Assembly: GCF_004010195.1 (NCBI RefSeq) | Contig: NC_057752.1 | Coordinates: 4,541,738 to 4,605,737, forward strand | DNA length: 64,000 bases | Direction of reading: 5' to 3' | Origin: Chiloscyllium plagiosum | Taxonomy: Eukaryota | In this document: one piece after another, positions 23,981 to 35,455 of the stretch | Position numbering within the stretch: position 1 is the first letter of the stretch | Layout: each line of letters starts with the position of its first letter | The notes under the pieces: model-generated | What the model was told of the DNA's origin: nothing | The model's input: only the letters and a program-made list of their open reading frames with translations | Database searches by the model: none | Program-made: the position numbers and the translations under genes

Positions 23981-26900
23981 TATAGAACATAGAAAAGTAC
24001 AGCACAGAACAGGCCCTTCAGCCCACGATGTTGTGCCGAGGATTAAGCCTAATCTAAAATAAAATAACCTAACTTACGTGTCCCTCAATTCACTGCTATC
24101 CATGTGCATGTCCAGCAGTCACTTAAATGTCCCCATTGACTCTGCTTTCACTACCACAGCTGGCAACACATTCCATGCATTCACAACTCTCTGCATAAAG
24201 AACCTTCCTCTGACAACTCCTCCATACCTTCCTCCTAACACCCCTCGTGCCAATCAGTCCTGCCCTGGGGAAAAGTCTCTGGCTATCGACTCTATCCATG
24301 CCTCTCATTATCTTGTAGACCTCGATTAGGTCTCCTCTCTTCGTCCTTCTCTCCAGAGAGAAAAGTCCAAGCTTAGTCAACCTCTCTTCGTAAGACAAAC
24401 CCTCCAGTCCGGGCAGTTAAACCTTCTTTGCACCCTTTCCAAAGCCTCCGCATCTTTCCTACAATAGGGTGACCAGAACTGGACACAATATTCCAAGTGT
24501 GGTCTCACTAGGGTCTTGTAGAGCTGCAGCAAAACCTCGCGGCTCTTAAACTCAACCCCCCCTGTTAATGAAAGCCAAAGCACCACATGCTTTCTTAACA
24601 ACCCTATCCACTTGGGTGGCAACTTTGAGGGATCTATGTACTTGAACACCCAGATACCTCTGTTCCTCCACACTGCCAAGAATCCTGTCTTTAATCCTAT
24701 ATTCAGCATTCGTGTTCGACCTTCCAAAATGCATCACCTCTCATTTACCCAGGTTGAACTCCACCTGCCATTTCTCAGCCCAGCTCTGCATCCTGCCTAT
24801 GTTGTGCTGCAGCCTGCAATGGCCCTTGATACTATCAACGGCACCTCCAACCTTTGTGTCATCTGCAAATTTACTAACCCACCCCTCAATCAAGTCATTT
24901 ATAAAAACTACAAAGAGCAGAGGCCTAAGAACAGATCTCTGCGGGACCCCAGTCAACACTGACCTCCAGGCAGAATACTTTCCATCTACAACCACTCTCT
25001 GCCTTCTGTCAGCTAACCAATTCTGAATCCAGATAGTCAAATCTCCTTGAATCCCACACCTCCTGACTTTATGAATAAGCCTACCATGGAACCTTATCAA
25101 ATGCCTTGCTTAAGTCCATATATACCACATCCACTGCTTGACCTTCATCAACCTGTCTCATCACCTCCTCAAAGAACTCAATAAGATTTGTGAGGCATGA
25201 CCTGCCCCTCACAAAGCCATGCTGACTGCTTTTCCAAAAAGTCATAAATCTTATCCCTCAGAATTCTTTCCAAAACCTTGCTGACCACAGACGTAAGACT
25301 GACTGGGATTGCCAGGGATTTCCCTATTCCCCTTTTTGAACAGAGGAACAACATTCGCCTCCCTCTAATCCTCTGGTACGACTCCCGTGGAGATTGAGGA
25401 AGCAAAGATCTTTGCCAGAGGCTTAGCAATCTCCTTTCTCGCTTCCCAGAGCAGCCTAGGGTAAATCTGCTCTGGCCCTGGGGACTTATCAATCTTAATG
25501 TTTTCCAAAATTTTCAGCACATCAACTTCATCAATTTCAATCTGTTCAAGCCTGTATCCCCGCTTCTCTAAGTTTTCATTTACAACAAAGCCCCTTTCCT
25601 TGGTGAAAACCGAAGCAAAAGACTCCTTTAGGGCTTCTCCTATCTGCTCAGACCGGACGCCCAAGTTCCCTCCGCTATCCCTGATCGGTCCCACCTTCTC
25701 CCTGATCATTCTCTTATTCCTCACGCATGAGTAAAATGCCTTTGAGTTCTCCCTAATCCTTCCTGCCAAACCTTTATTGTGTCCCCTCCTGGCTCTCCTC
25801 AGTCCATTTCTGAGCTCCTTTCTAGCAAGCCTGTAATCCTCTAAAGCTGTGCTAGATCCTTGCTTCCTCCACCTTCCGTAAGCTGCTTTCTTCCTTTTTA
25901 TGAGAAGCTCCTCTGTTCTCGTCATCCAAGGCTCCTTAATCTTACCCCTTCTTGCCTGTCTCAGAGGAACAAATTCATGCATCATTTGCAACAACTGCTC
26001 CTTAAATAGTCTCCACATGTCTGCTGTGCCCTTACTGTGGGACAATTGCTCCCAATCCGTACTTCCCAACTCCTGTCTGATAGTGTCATAATTTCCTTTT
26101 CCTTAATTAAATATTTTCCCATACTGCTCCTCTCCCTCTCCATGGCTATGGTAAATGTGCGGCAGTTGTGGTCACTGTCACCACATAGCAATAACCCTGC
26201 TCCATCTGCACTTTACCAAAATCTGCCCGCCTATGAGTTCTTCAAACTCTCTACTGCTATTAGGCGGTCTGTAGAAAACCCCCAATGAGGTGGCTGCTCC
26301 CTTGCTGTTCCTAACTTCCACTCATACTGACTCAGTAGACAAACCTTCCTCAACACCCTCCATTTCTGTAGCTGTGATGCACTCTCTGATTAGCAATGCT
26401 ACACCCTTCCTCTTTATTCACCCTCCCTGTTCTTTTTAAATGTCCTAAACTCTGGAACATCAAGCAACCATTCCTGCCCCTGTGAAACCGTCTCCGTTAT
26501 GGCCACAACATCATAGTCCCAAGTACTGATCCATGCTCTAAGTTCATCACTCTTATTTCTGACACTTGTTGCATTAAGGAGGAGAAAGTGAGGGCTGCAG
26601 ATGCTGGAGATCAGAGCTGAAAATGTGTTGCTGGAAAAGCGCAGCAGGTCAGGCAGCATCCAAGGAACAGGAGAATCGACGTTTCGGGCATAAGCCCTTC
26701 TTCAAGATTGCATTAAAGCAGACACAATTTAATTGATCCCTTCGTTCCATCACATGAAAAACCTCCCTGATAGATTCACTACATCCTGTCACTGCCCCAT
26801 CTACAACTAACCCCCCCCCCCCCTCAGATTTATAGCTCTGGTTCCCACTCCCCTGCCAAACTAGTTTAAACTCTCCTGAACCACACGAGCAAATCTCCCA

Positions 26901-27420
26901 CCCAGGACATTTGTGCCCCTCCAGTTCAGGTGCAACCCGTCCTTCATGTACAGGTCCCACCTTCCCCAGAAGGTATCCCAATGGTCTAGGTATCTGAAGC
27001 CCTTCCTCCTGCACCAGCCTCGCAGCCACATGTTAAGCTGCACTAGCTGCCTGTTCCTCATCTCACTATCTCGCGGCACTGGTAGCAAACCCGAGATCAC
27101 TATTCTACTCGTCCTGCTCTTCAGCTTCCAACCTAACTCTCTGTAGTCACTTTTCAGATCCTCAATCTCTTTCCTGGCTATATCATTGGTGCCAATATGT
27201 ACCACAATTTCTGGCTGCTCACCCTCCCCCTTCAGAATCTTGTAAACCCGATCGGTGACATCCCGGACCCTGGCACTGGGGAGACAACATACCTTCCAAG
27301 AGTCCCGTTCCTGACCATAAAATGTCCTGTCAATCCGTCTCACTATTGAGTCCCCTACCACTAGCGCTTTTCCATTCTCCCCCCTTCCCTTCTGAGCCAC
27401 ACTGGCAGGCTCAGTGCCAG
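23981..27420 (-). mobile_element. Near full-length CR1 LINE (ORF1 SGNH esterase, ORF2 endonuclease-RT), frameshifted
   Basis: GDSIVR, HIGTND, DGLHLN (ORF1); [57 protein letters not shown] (ORF2); (gttctat) tail near 23985. Confidence 0.95.
26578..26707 (-). mobile_element. Penelope-derived short element inserted in CR1 with a 9-bp TSD
   Basis: TTGCATTAA at 26569-26577 and 26708-26716. Confidence 0.85.
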
Positions 27421-27849
27421 AGATTCGCCCACTTAAAAAACAATCACTTACCCTTCTCAGCAGCCCTTGCTTCTCTCCGCCCTCTCTCCTCGCCACTCTG
27501 TAAAAAATGGAGGCCCGACTTACCTATAACTTGTTTATCCTTACACTCAATGCCCCTTCCAATGAAGGCAAGTGTGCCATAGGCCTTTTTTACTCCCTTA
27601 TCTATCTGCACTGCCACCTTCAGTGATCTGTGGACCTGCACACCCAGATCTCTCTGCATATCAGTACTCCTAAGGGTTCTACTAATCACTGTATAATTTC
27701 TATCTGTACTTGATCTTCCAAAATGCATCACCTCACATTTGTCTGGATGCTAGCTGATTTAAAAATGCCACCTAAGAGGTAAATATTGGCCAGGAGAATT
27801 CCATTTCGTAGAATTATGTTAAAAATGCATTATGAATTATGTTCCACTT

Positions 27850-29840
27850 AGAGTGAAGGGTAAGGCTGGTAGGATTAGAGAACAGTGGATGAATAAAGAT
27901 ATTGAGGTTCTAGTCAAGAATAAAAAAAATTCTAGATAGAGACAACTGGGTTCAAATGAATCTCTTGAACAGTATAAAGAGTGCAGGGGCATTCTTAAGA
28001 GGGAGATGAGGAAGGCAAAGAGAGGATAGGAGGGAGCCTTGGCAAAAGAAGGTTAAGCATAATCCAAAGAGCTCCTACAAGTATATTAAAAACAAAAGAG
28101 TGACAACAGAGAGAGAGAGTAGGGCCCTTTAAAGATCAAAGAGGTTATCTCTGTGTTGAACCTCAGGAGATGGGAGAGGTATTAAATGAATATTTTGTGT
28201 CAGTTTTTACTGTGGAGAAAAAAATGGAGGTTTTCCATTTCCAACGCAGGGAAATAAATATAGATGTTTTGAAAACAGAAGTGCCAGAGGTCTTAGAAAA
28301 TATAAAGGTGGATACATCTCCAGGAGCTGACCTAGTGTATTCCAGGTCATTGTGGGAAGTTATGAGAAATTGCTGGGCCTCTTGCAGAAATATTTGTATC
28401 ATCTATAACCACAGGTGAGGTGCTGGCTGACTGGAGAGAGGCTCATGTACCTTTGCTTAAGAAGGGATGGAAGGAGAAGCCTGGGAACTGTAGACCTGTG
28501 ACTCTGACCTCAGTGGTGGGTAAGCTGTTGGAAGCGATTCTGAAAGATAGGAATTATATGCAATTGGAGAGGTAAGGAATGATTAGGGTTGGTCAGCATG
28601 GTTTTGTGTGAGGGAAACCGTGTCTCACAAACTTGATTAAGTTTTTTGAGGAAGTAACCAAGAGATTGATGAGGGCAGAGCGGTAGACATTGTTTACTTG
28701 GACTTTAGTAAAGCCTTTGACAAGGTTCCACATGCTAGACTAATTTGTAAAGTTAGATCCCATGGGATTCAGGGTGAGCTTGCCAATTGGATACAAAATT
28801 GACTTCACAACAAGAGACAGAGGGTAGTGGTGGAGGGTTGTCTTTCAGACTGGAGGCCTGTGACCACAGGGATGGGTACTAGGTTCATTTTTATTTGTCA
28901 TTTATATAAACGATTTAGATGAGAATATAGGAGGCATGGTTAGTAAGTTTGTAGATGGCACCAAAATTGGTGGCATAGTGGACAGTGAAGAAGGTTATCT
29001 AAGATTACAAACAGATCTTGATCAATTGGGTCAAAGGGCTGAGGGGTGGCAGATGGAGTTTAATTTGGATAAATGCAAGGTATTGCATTTTGGTAAAACA
29101 AACAATGGCAGGACTTATACAATTAATGGTAGGGCCCTGGGTAGTGTTGCACAATAGAGAGGTCTAGGGTTCAGTTACATAATTCTTTGAAGTTTGCATT
29201 GTATATAGACAGGGTGGTTAAGAAGGTGTTTAGCACATTTGCATTCATTGCTCAGACCTTTGAGTACAGGAATTGGGATGTTATGTTGACATTGTACAGG
29301 ATATTAGTGAGGCCTCTTCTGGAATATTGTGTCCAGTTCTGGTCGCCCTGTTATAGGAAGGATATTATTAACCTGGAGAGGGTTCACAAGAGATTTACCA
29401 GGATGTTGCTAGGACTGGAGTGTTTGGGTTATAAGGAGGAGCTGGATAGGCTGGGACTTTTTTCATTGGAGGGTAGGAGGTTGAGAGGTGACCTTATAGA
29501 GGTTTATAAAATCATGAGGGGTATAGATAAGGTGAATTTCAGATGTCTTTTTCCTGGGGTGGTAGATTTCAAGACAAGGGTGCATAATTTTAAGGTGAGA
29601 GGAGAAAGATTTAAAAAAGACACGAGGGGCAGTTTTTTCACACGTAGACCTTCCAGAGAAAGTGGTGGAATTGGGTATAGTTACAATGTTTAAAAGACAC
29701 TTAGATCCATACAAGAATAAGAAATGTTTGGAAGGATATGGGTCAGGAGCAGGCAAGTGGGACTAGTTTAGTTTGAGATTATGGTTGGCATGGACTGGTT
29801 GGGCCGAAGGGTCTGTTTCTGTGCTGTATGACTACGATTC
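27850..29840 (+). mobile_element. CR1 LINE ORF2 3' two-thirds, decayed
   Basis: [32 protein letters not shown] and 3' tail. Confidence 0.93.
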
Positions 29841-29874
29841 TGCTCAATGTGTTGCAGGGCCTTATGCTCCATCT

Positions 29875-30025
29875 TGGTTTATTATTTTGTTTGAAAGACA
29901 GCACCTCCAACAGTGCAGCACTTCCTCAATGCTGAACTGAAGAGTCAGTCTGAATTCTATGCTCATGCCCCTGGAGTGGAGAATGATGCCACATACCTCT
30001 TACTAAGCAGTGAGTCAAGGCTGAT
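29875..30025 (-). mobile_element. DeuSINE (SacSINE1/AmnSINE1-like) fragment
   Basis: Minus strand tgaggaagtgctgcactgttggaggtgctgtctttc resembles the Deu core domain; related relics at ~21080-21240, ~43500 and ~52150-52300. Confidence 0.6.
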
Positions 30026-30689
30026 TGCTTCACTGCAACGTCATGATGAAATTTCAACCCCATGAAGTTGTGGACAGGTTTCATCTATGGTACAGTGCAA
30101 TTAGTAGACTGTCTCTGAACAAGCAGTTCATTGGTATCAAACAGACAACAAGAACTGTCAGAGAGGCAGTACTATCTTTTACAACACGAAGGACAGTGGA
30201 ATAAAGTTCCCTATTAAAAACTAATTTCAAATTAAGCTTTGCTTCAGAAAGTGCTGATTTTGAGCACATGGTATTTGAGTAGGACCTAGATTGAAGTTGA
30301 ATCCAGCATGTTTATAGATAAGAATATTAAGCTATTAATTTAAATAAAGTAAATTATGTCAACATGTGAGCGCCAGAAGGAACATTATCCCTATTTGGTA
30401 CAGTCACTGTCACAGAAAAAAATCCCTATGCAATTAAGTTTCCCTTCTGTGTGTAAACTTGTTTTTTTCACATGACTCGGTCGATATTTACTGTTGACAA
30501 ATATATTAAAATTTTCTGAATTGGGGTCAGATAGGGGTTGTTGGAAGAGTAGAATAGGCTTGCATTTATATTGTACCTTAACCTAATTCCAGGCTGCCAA
30601 AGACCTTTACAAGCGTTACCTTAAAAATGTAGCCAATTCTTTAGTTATGTAATTTAAAAAGTACATCTTAGTATATTTCTACTGTTATA

Positions 30690-31255
30690 GGACATCGGTG
30701 AGGCGACTTTTAGAATATTGTGTGCAGTTCTGGTCTCCCTGCTATAGGATGTTGTGAAACTTGAAAGGGTTCAGAAAAGATGTACAAGGATGTTGCCAGG
30801 GTTGGAGAATTTGAGCTATAGGGAGAGGCTGAACAGGCTGTGGCTGTTATCCCTGGACTGTCGGAGGAGTGGGGGGAATTGACCTTATAGAGGTTTATAA
30901 AATCATGAGGGGCATGGATAGGATAAATAGACAAAGTCTTTTCCCTGGGGTGCGGGAGCCCAGAACTAGAGGGGATAGGTTTAGGCTGAGAGGAGAAAAA
31001 TTTTAAAGGGACCTAAGGGGCAACTTTTTCATGCAGAAGGTGGTGCATGTATGGAATGAGCTGCCAGAAGAAGTGGTGGAGGCTGGTACAATTACAACAT
31101 TTAAAAGGCATCTGGATGGGTATATGAATAGCAAGGGGTTTTGAGGGATATGGGCCAAATACTGGCAAATGGGACTAGATTAAGTTGAGATATCTGGTCA
31201 GCATGGACGAGTCGGACCGAAGGATCTGTTTCTGTGCTATGCAACTCTGACTCTA
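30690..31255 (+). mobile_element. CR1 3' fragment
   Basis: gaatattgtgtgcagttctggtctcc...gtatggaatgagctgccag...gactcta tail. Confidence 0.9.
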
Positions 31256-31597
31256 TACAGGAGCTATCTGAGATTTTCGGCAAGATGTGATGCCTGTTTG
31301 CATTGCTTTGAACACCATAACATTTGGAAATTCTTAAGACACAGAGAGAGAAATCTTCTTGTCTTATAGGAGGTGAGAAGAAGGACAGGTGGGGGAATCT
31401 AATTGGGTGAAAATTCAGAATCCTGACAGCCGGATGAACCCTTGCAATTAAGTTCTCTGAGTACTGAAAGCACATTGACCTTCCCAATTGCAAGAGTCAG
31501 GAATCTATTTGCATGCTTTCGCATTTTGCAAAAGGCCAGCTCGTTGGAACTAAGTTCCCCTTCCCAATTGAGTTCTTCTCAATTGAGAAATACATGT

Positions 31598-31809
31598 CGA
31601 GAGTGTGGTGCTGGAAAAGCACAGCAGGTCAAGCAGCATCCAAGGAGCAGGAGAATCGACGTTTTGGCATAAACCCTTCATCAGGAAACAAGACTTATGC
31701 CCGAAACGTCGATTCTCCTGCTCCTTGGATGCTGCCTGACCTCCTGTGCTTTTCCAGCACCACACTCTCGACTCTGATCTCCAGCATCTGCACTCCTCAC
31801 TTTCTGCTT
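31598..31809. mobile_element. Palindromic Penelope-derived element with a 12-bp TSD
   Basis: Inverted arms; AGAAATACATGT (31586-31597) and AGAAATACTTGT (31810-31821). Confidence 0.85.
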
Positions 31810-32829
31810 AGAAATACTTGTGTTCAATACCCAATTGTATACAAGAGGCATGCACCTGATGAGGCACACTTCTTTCCTGGACTTCAAAGTAAGTGCCTGT
31901 TGCTTTGACCTTCTAGTGAAATGTTTTTACAGCGATATTTGTGATGGTGTCAGTGCTTCAAATGAAGTAAAGGTGGCACAAGGGATGGAAGATCATTGGA
32001 AGGAGAAGCACTGTCTTGGAACTGGTAGAACGTTGGCAGCAAGAGGTGGTTGCAAGCCATTCCCATGCACCTATTCAGAACAACACTTGCCAACACTAAC
32101 AGGTGATCAGTCTGTGTGGCATCCCTCCACACTGGCACAATTAGACTGATGACCCTGTAATGCTACTTTGCAGTGAATAGATGGTGCCATTTCCCCTTGC
32201 ACACATCCTTTCAGTATTGCAGCCAGCTTCTTTTGTAGTGGGGAGAAAGTGAGGACTGCAGTTGCTGGAGGTCAGAATTGAGAGGGTGGTGCTGGAAAAG
32301 GAGCAGGATGATGAACGTTTCAGGCATAAGTCAGCCACTGGCACCAACCTGTGATCGCTGCTTTGCTTTGACAGTTTCTCACCCCTGAGCAATCTCTTAT
32401 TTATCTTGGATGGCTTGGCAGAGAATTGGTAGTGAGGCATTGCTGAACAATAAGGCCACGTTCTGTCTTGTCTGAGACATCTTGAAGGGATTGACCAACT
32501 CGATGGTGAGTGAACTTTCTGGCTTGTAGTGTAGCCTTTAAATATGATGCCTGGACCTTGGAAAAACCTTCTGTCCTCTGCGTACCCCATTATATTTCTT
32601 GTTCCACTCGTACAAAAAATGCAAACGTTGATGTGATGAGCTGAACACCTCAAAATCACATGGGAAAACATGGCCCACCCCTGAGACAAGTGACTCCAAT
32701 TTCCACACTTGAATTAAGACTGCAGAATGAAAGATTCCATCTGTGATGCCAGGGAGTTTTTTTTTACATTATTGCAAAACCTTTTACAGGTCATCCGTTA
32801 GCAGATAGATATTTTGTTCCTGTATTAAA

Positions 32830-33045
32830 GGTAAAGATGCCCTAGTCCCGGAGAAGCTTCTGTTCTCTCATTAGATGGAGATGACTGGTGGCAGTTTAAC
32901 CTGAGGGTCACCATGCCTTATGCAAAGGGAGACGTTGAGAAGGACAGTCCTTTGTGGTAACCTTAGCCAGTGCAGGAATTTTACCCACACTGTTGGCATC
33001 ACTCTGCTTCACAAACCAGCTGTTCAACCAACTGAGCTAACTGAT
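32830..33045 (-). mobile_element. tRNA-derived SINE (same family as 8782)
   Basis: Minus strand gttagctcagttggttg...gtgaccctcaggttaaac...ctttacct tail. Confidence 0.7.
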
Positions 33046-33457
33046 CTCCAAAACCATAGTGATACAATTATAAAGAACCAATCATTCAAATCCAAATTAG
33101 GTTACATTTGTGTAATGCAGTAATCAACATGAGATAATTCAGTTGGGTCTGTGGATTTTCCCTGTGGTTAGATATACTTCATATGCTCCATTGTGTTTCT
33201 ATTGCTGTCCAATGTTGTGAAAGCACTGAACAAAGTTCATTTGGCTCCATTCTGACTCTCCATGGAAAAATGGAATGGCCCATAGTTTAATAAAAAATTA
33301 ATCCTGTTTAATTTCAGTTTTACATGCTTCTGCAGTTTTTTTTTTGTCTCATTTCGTTTATTTTGAGTCTTTCTCTTGCAGAATTCGCAGCGCCTTGATT
33401 AGATGGCCAGACCCACTTAACATTCCCTACTCCTTCCCTTGTCGACCTCAGACAGCT

Positions 33458-33614
33458 ATGACCTCTACACTGTTGGACTTTAACCTCATGGACACAGGCC
33501 AGGAGGACATTATTGTGAACCGCTGTGACCTGGACGTGAAAGGAAAATATCAACTCATTCCATCTATTATCTATGCCATGTGTTGCCTTTTTGGAGTCAT
33601 CTACTGCTTCTTTG
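33458..33614 (+). CDS. TMEM198B: TMEM198-family transmembrane protein, coding exon 1
   Basis: Acceptor tttctcttgcag ends at 33381; first in-frame ATG at 33458; MTSTLLDF...CDLDVKGKYQLIPSIIYAMCCLFGVIYCFFG matches the TMEM198 N-terminal motif MCCLFGVVYCFFG; donor G|gtgagt at 33615 (phase 1). Paralogue B is inferred from the adjacent MMP19-like sequence. Confidence 0.93.
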
Positions 33615-33651
33615 GTGAGTGAGGTATTGACCAATGTGTGTGAAACACCAA

Positions 33652-34208
33652 ACTTGAAAGTGGAATCCAGGATAGTGAATAAGACGTTTGATATGCTTGC
33701 CTTTATAGTTCAGTGCATTGAGTATAGGAGTTGGGATGTCATGTTGTGGCCGTACAGGACATTGGTTAGGCCACTTTTGGAATACTGCGTTCGATTCTGG
33801 TCTCTTCGTTATAGGAAAAATGTTGTGAAACTTGAAAGGGTTCAGAAAAGACTTACAAAGATATTGCCAGGGTTTGAACTATAAGGATAGGCTGAATAGA
33901 CCAGGGCTATTTTCCCTGGGGTGGGGAGTCCAGAATTAGAAGGCATAGGTTTAGGGTGAGAGGGGAAAAATATAAAAGGGACCTAAGGGGCAATTTTTTC
34001 ACAGAGGGTGGTATGTGTATGGAATGAGCTGCCAGAAGAAGTGGTGGAGGTGGGTATTATTACAACATTTAAAAGGCATCTGGATGGGTATATGAATAGG
34101 AAGGGTTTAGAGGGATATGGCCAAATGCTAGTAGATGAGACTAGATTAATTTAGGATATCTAGTCAGCATGGATGAGGGTTTGTTTCCATGCTGTACAAC
34201 TCTGACTG
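33652..34208 (+). mobile_element. CR1 3' fragment in TMEM198 intron
   Basis: YRTLVRPLLEYCVRFW and CR1 3' UTR. Confidence 0.9.
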
Positions 34209-35107
34209 TAAAAGTGGGTGGATGAGTGTGGGGGGAGGTAATGGCACATTTGAAAGTAGATTTGTCCACTTACAGCATAGTTCTTGTGTTTCTATTGCTG
34301 TCCAAAGTCTATTGCTGGGTCTGTTCTACCTGGGCCAGGCAACAATTGTTGGGTATCTGAAAGCTAAAAAGGTGAGGATAAGAGAGCCGCAGTCACACCA
34401 TCTGCAGCTTACTTCATGTCATGTAGTCCTATTAAAAGTGAAATGGAAAGTAATACCTTTCTATGGAAACACTGCATCTCTCCTCCTTGACAAATCCCTA
34501 CAGCGCCACATCTAGGAGTCCTCTCTCTTACCTGTCACTCCATCTTCTGTGCTTTTGCTTCTTCTCTTCAAGCCTTCCACAGTCTGTAGCAACGTAAGCA
34601 TGAATGAGTGGAGCTCCCCTTTAAGAAACTCCCTTTCAGAGATGCAGGCTAGTTGCCATTCAAGTGGCTGGAGCTCCCCTTCAGCATGAAGTCACCAGCG
34701 TACTTTGCAATGAGCTGCACATTGACACAATTTAGACGAGGAATACAAAATTTACATTCTGTCTTCCTCAATGGAACCATGCATGGACACACCTGAAAAC
34801 ATGCTTTGATGAATTTTCCCCTTCCCTCTCTCACTGCCCCAGCCCAAGCTCATTTTTATTTGCACTCATTTTGCCCATTGTTATGATTTGACTTTTCAAT
34901 TGCCTGAGGTTTTGTCTAATCTCACTGGCCCCCCCCAAGTTGCTTGTTTTTAAGAATGAGCTGTTGCCTCCAGCAAATGCTGGAGGTGGTTGGATAAGGG
35001 AGTTAGGAAGGGAAGGGAAAAAGGTGCTCCATTGCCTTTGCTTTGTCGACTGTTTTCAGCCTCGAGGACTTGACTCTTGTTCTGCTACAAGAGAAGAAGC
35101 TAGTCAG

Positions 35108-35455
35108 GTAGCATGGCGGCTCAGTGGTCAGCATTGCTGTCTCACAGCACCAGGGACCTGGATTCAATTCCACCTTCGGGGTCACTGTGTGGAGTTTGCA
35201 CATTCTCCCCGTGTCTGTGTGGGTTTCCTCCGGCTGCTCCGGTTTCCTCCCACAGTCCAAAGATATGCAGGTTAAGGTGGATTGGCCATGCTAAAACTCC
35301 CCGTAATATCTGGGGATGTGTAGACTAGGTGCATTAGCCATGGGAAATGTGAGGTTGCAGGTATGGAGTGGGAGTCTGGGTCCATGTGGGATGCTCTTTG
35401 GAAGGTGCAGAGTTGATGGACTGAATGGCCGGCTTCCACACTGTACGGATTCTAT
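35108..35455 (+). mobile_element. HE1-type V-SINE
   Basis: Head, V domain and tail all recognisable. Confidence 0.9.
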
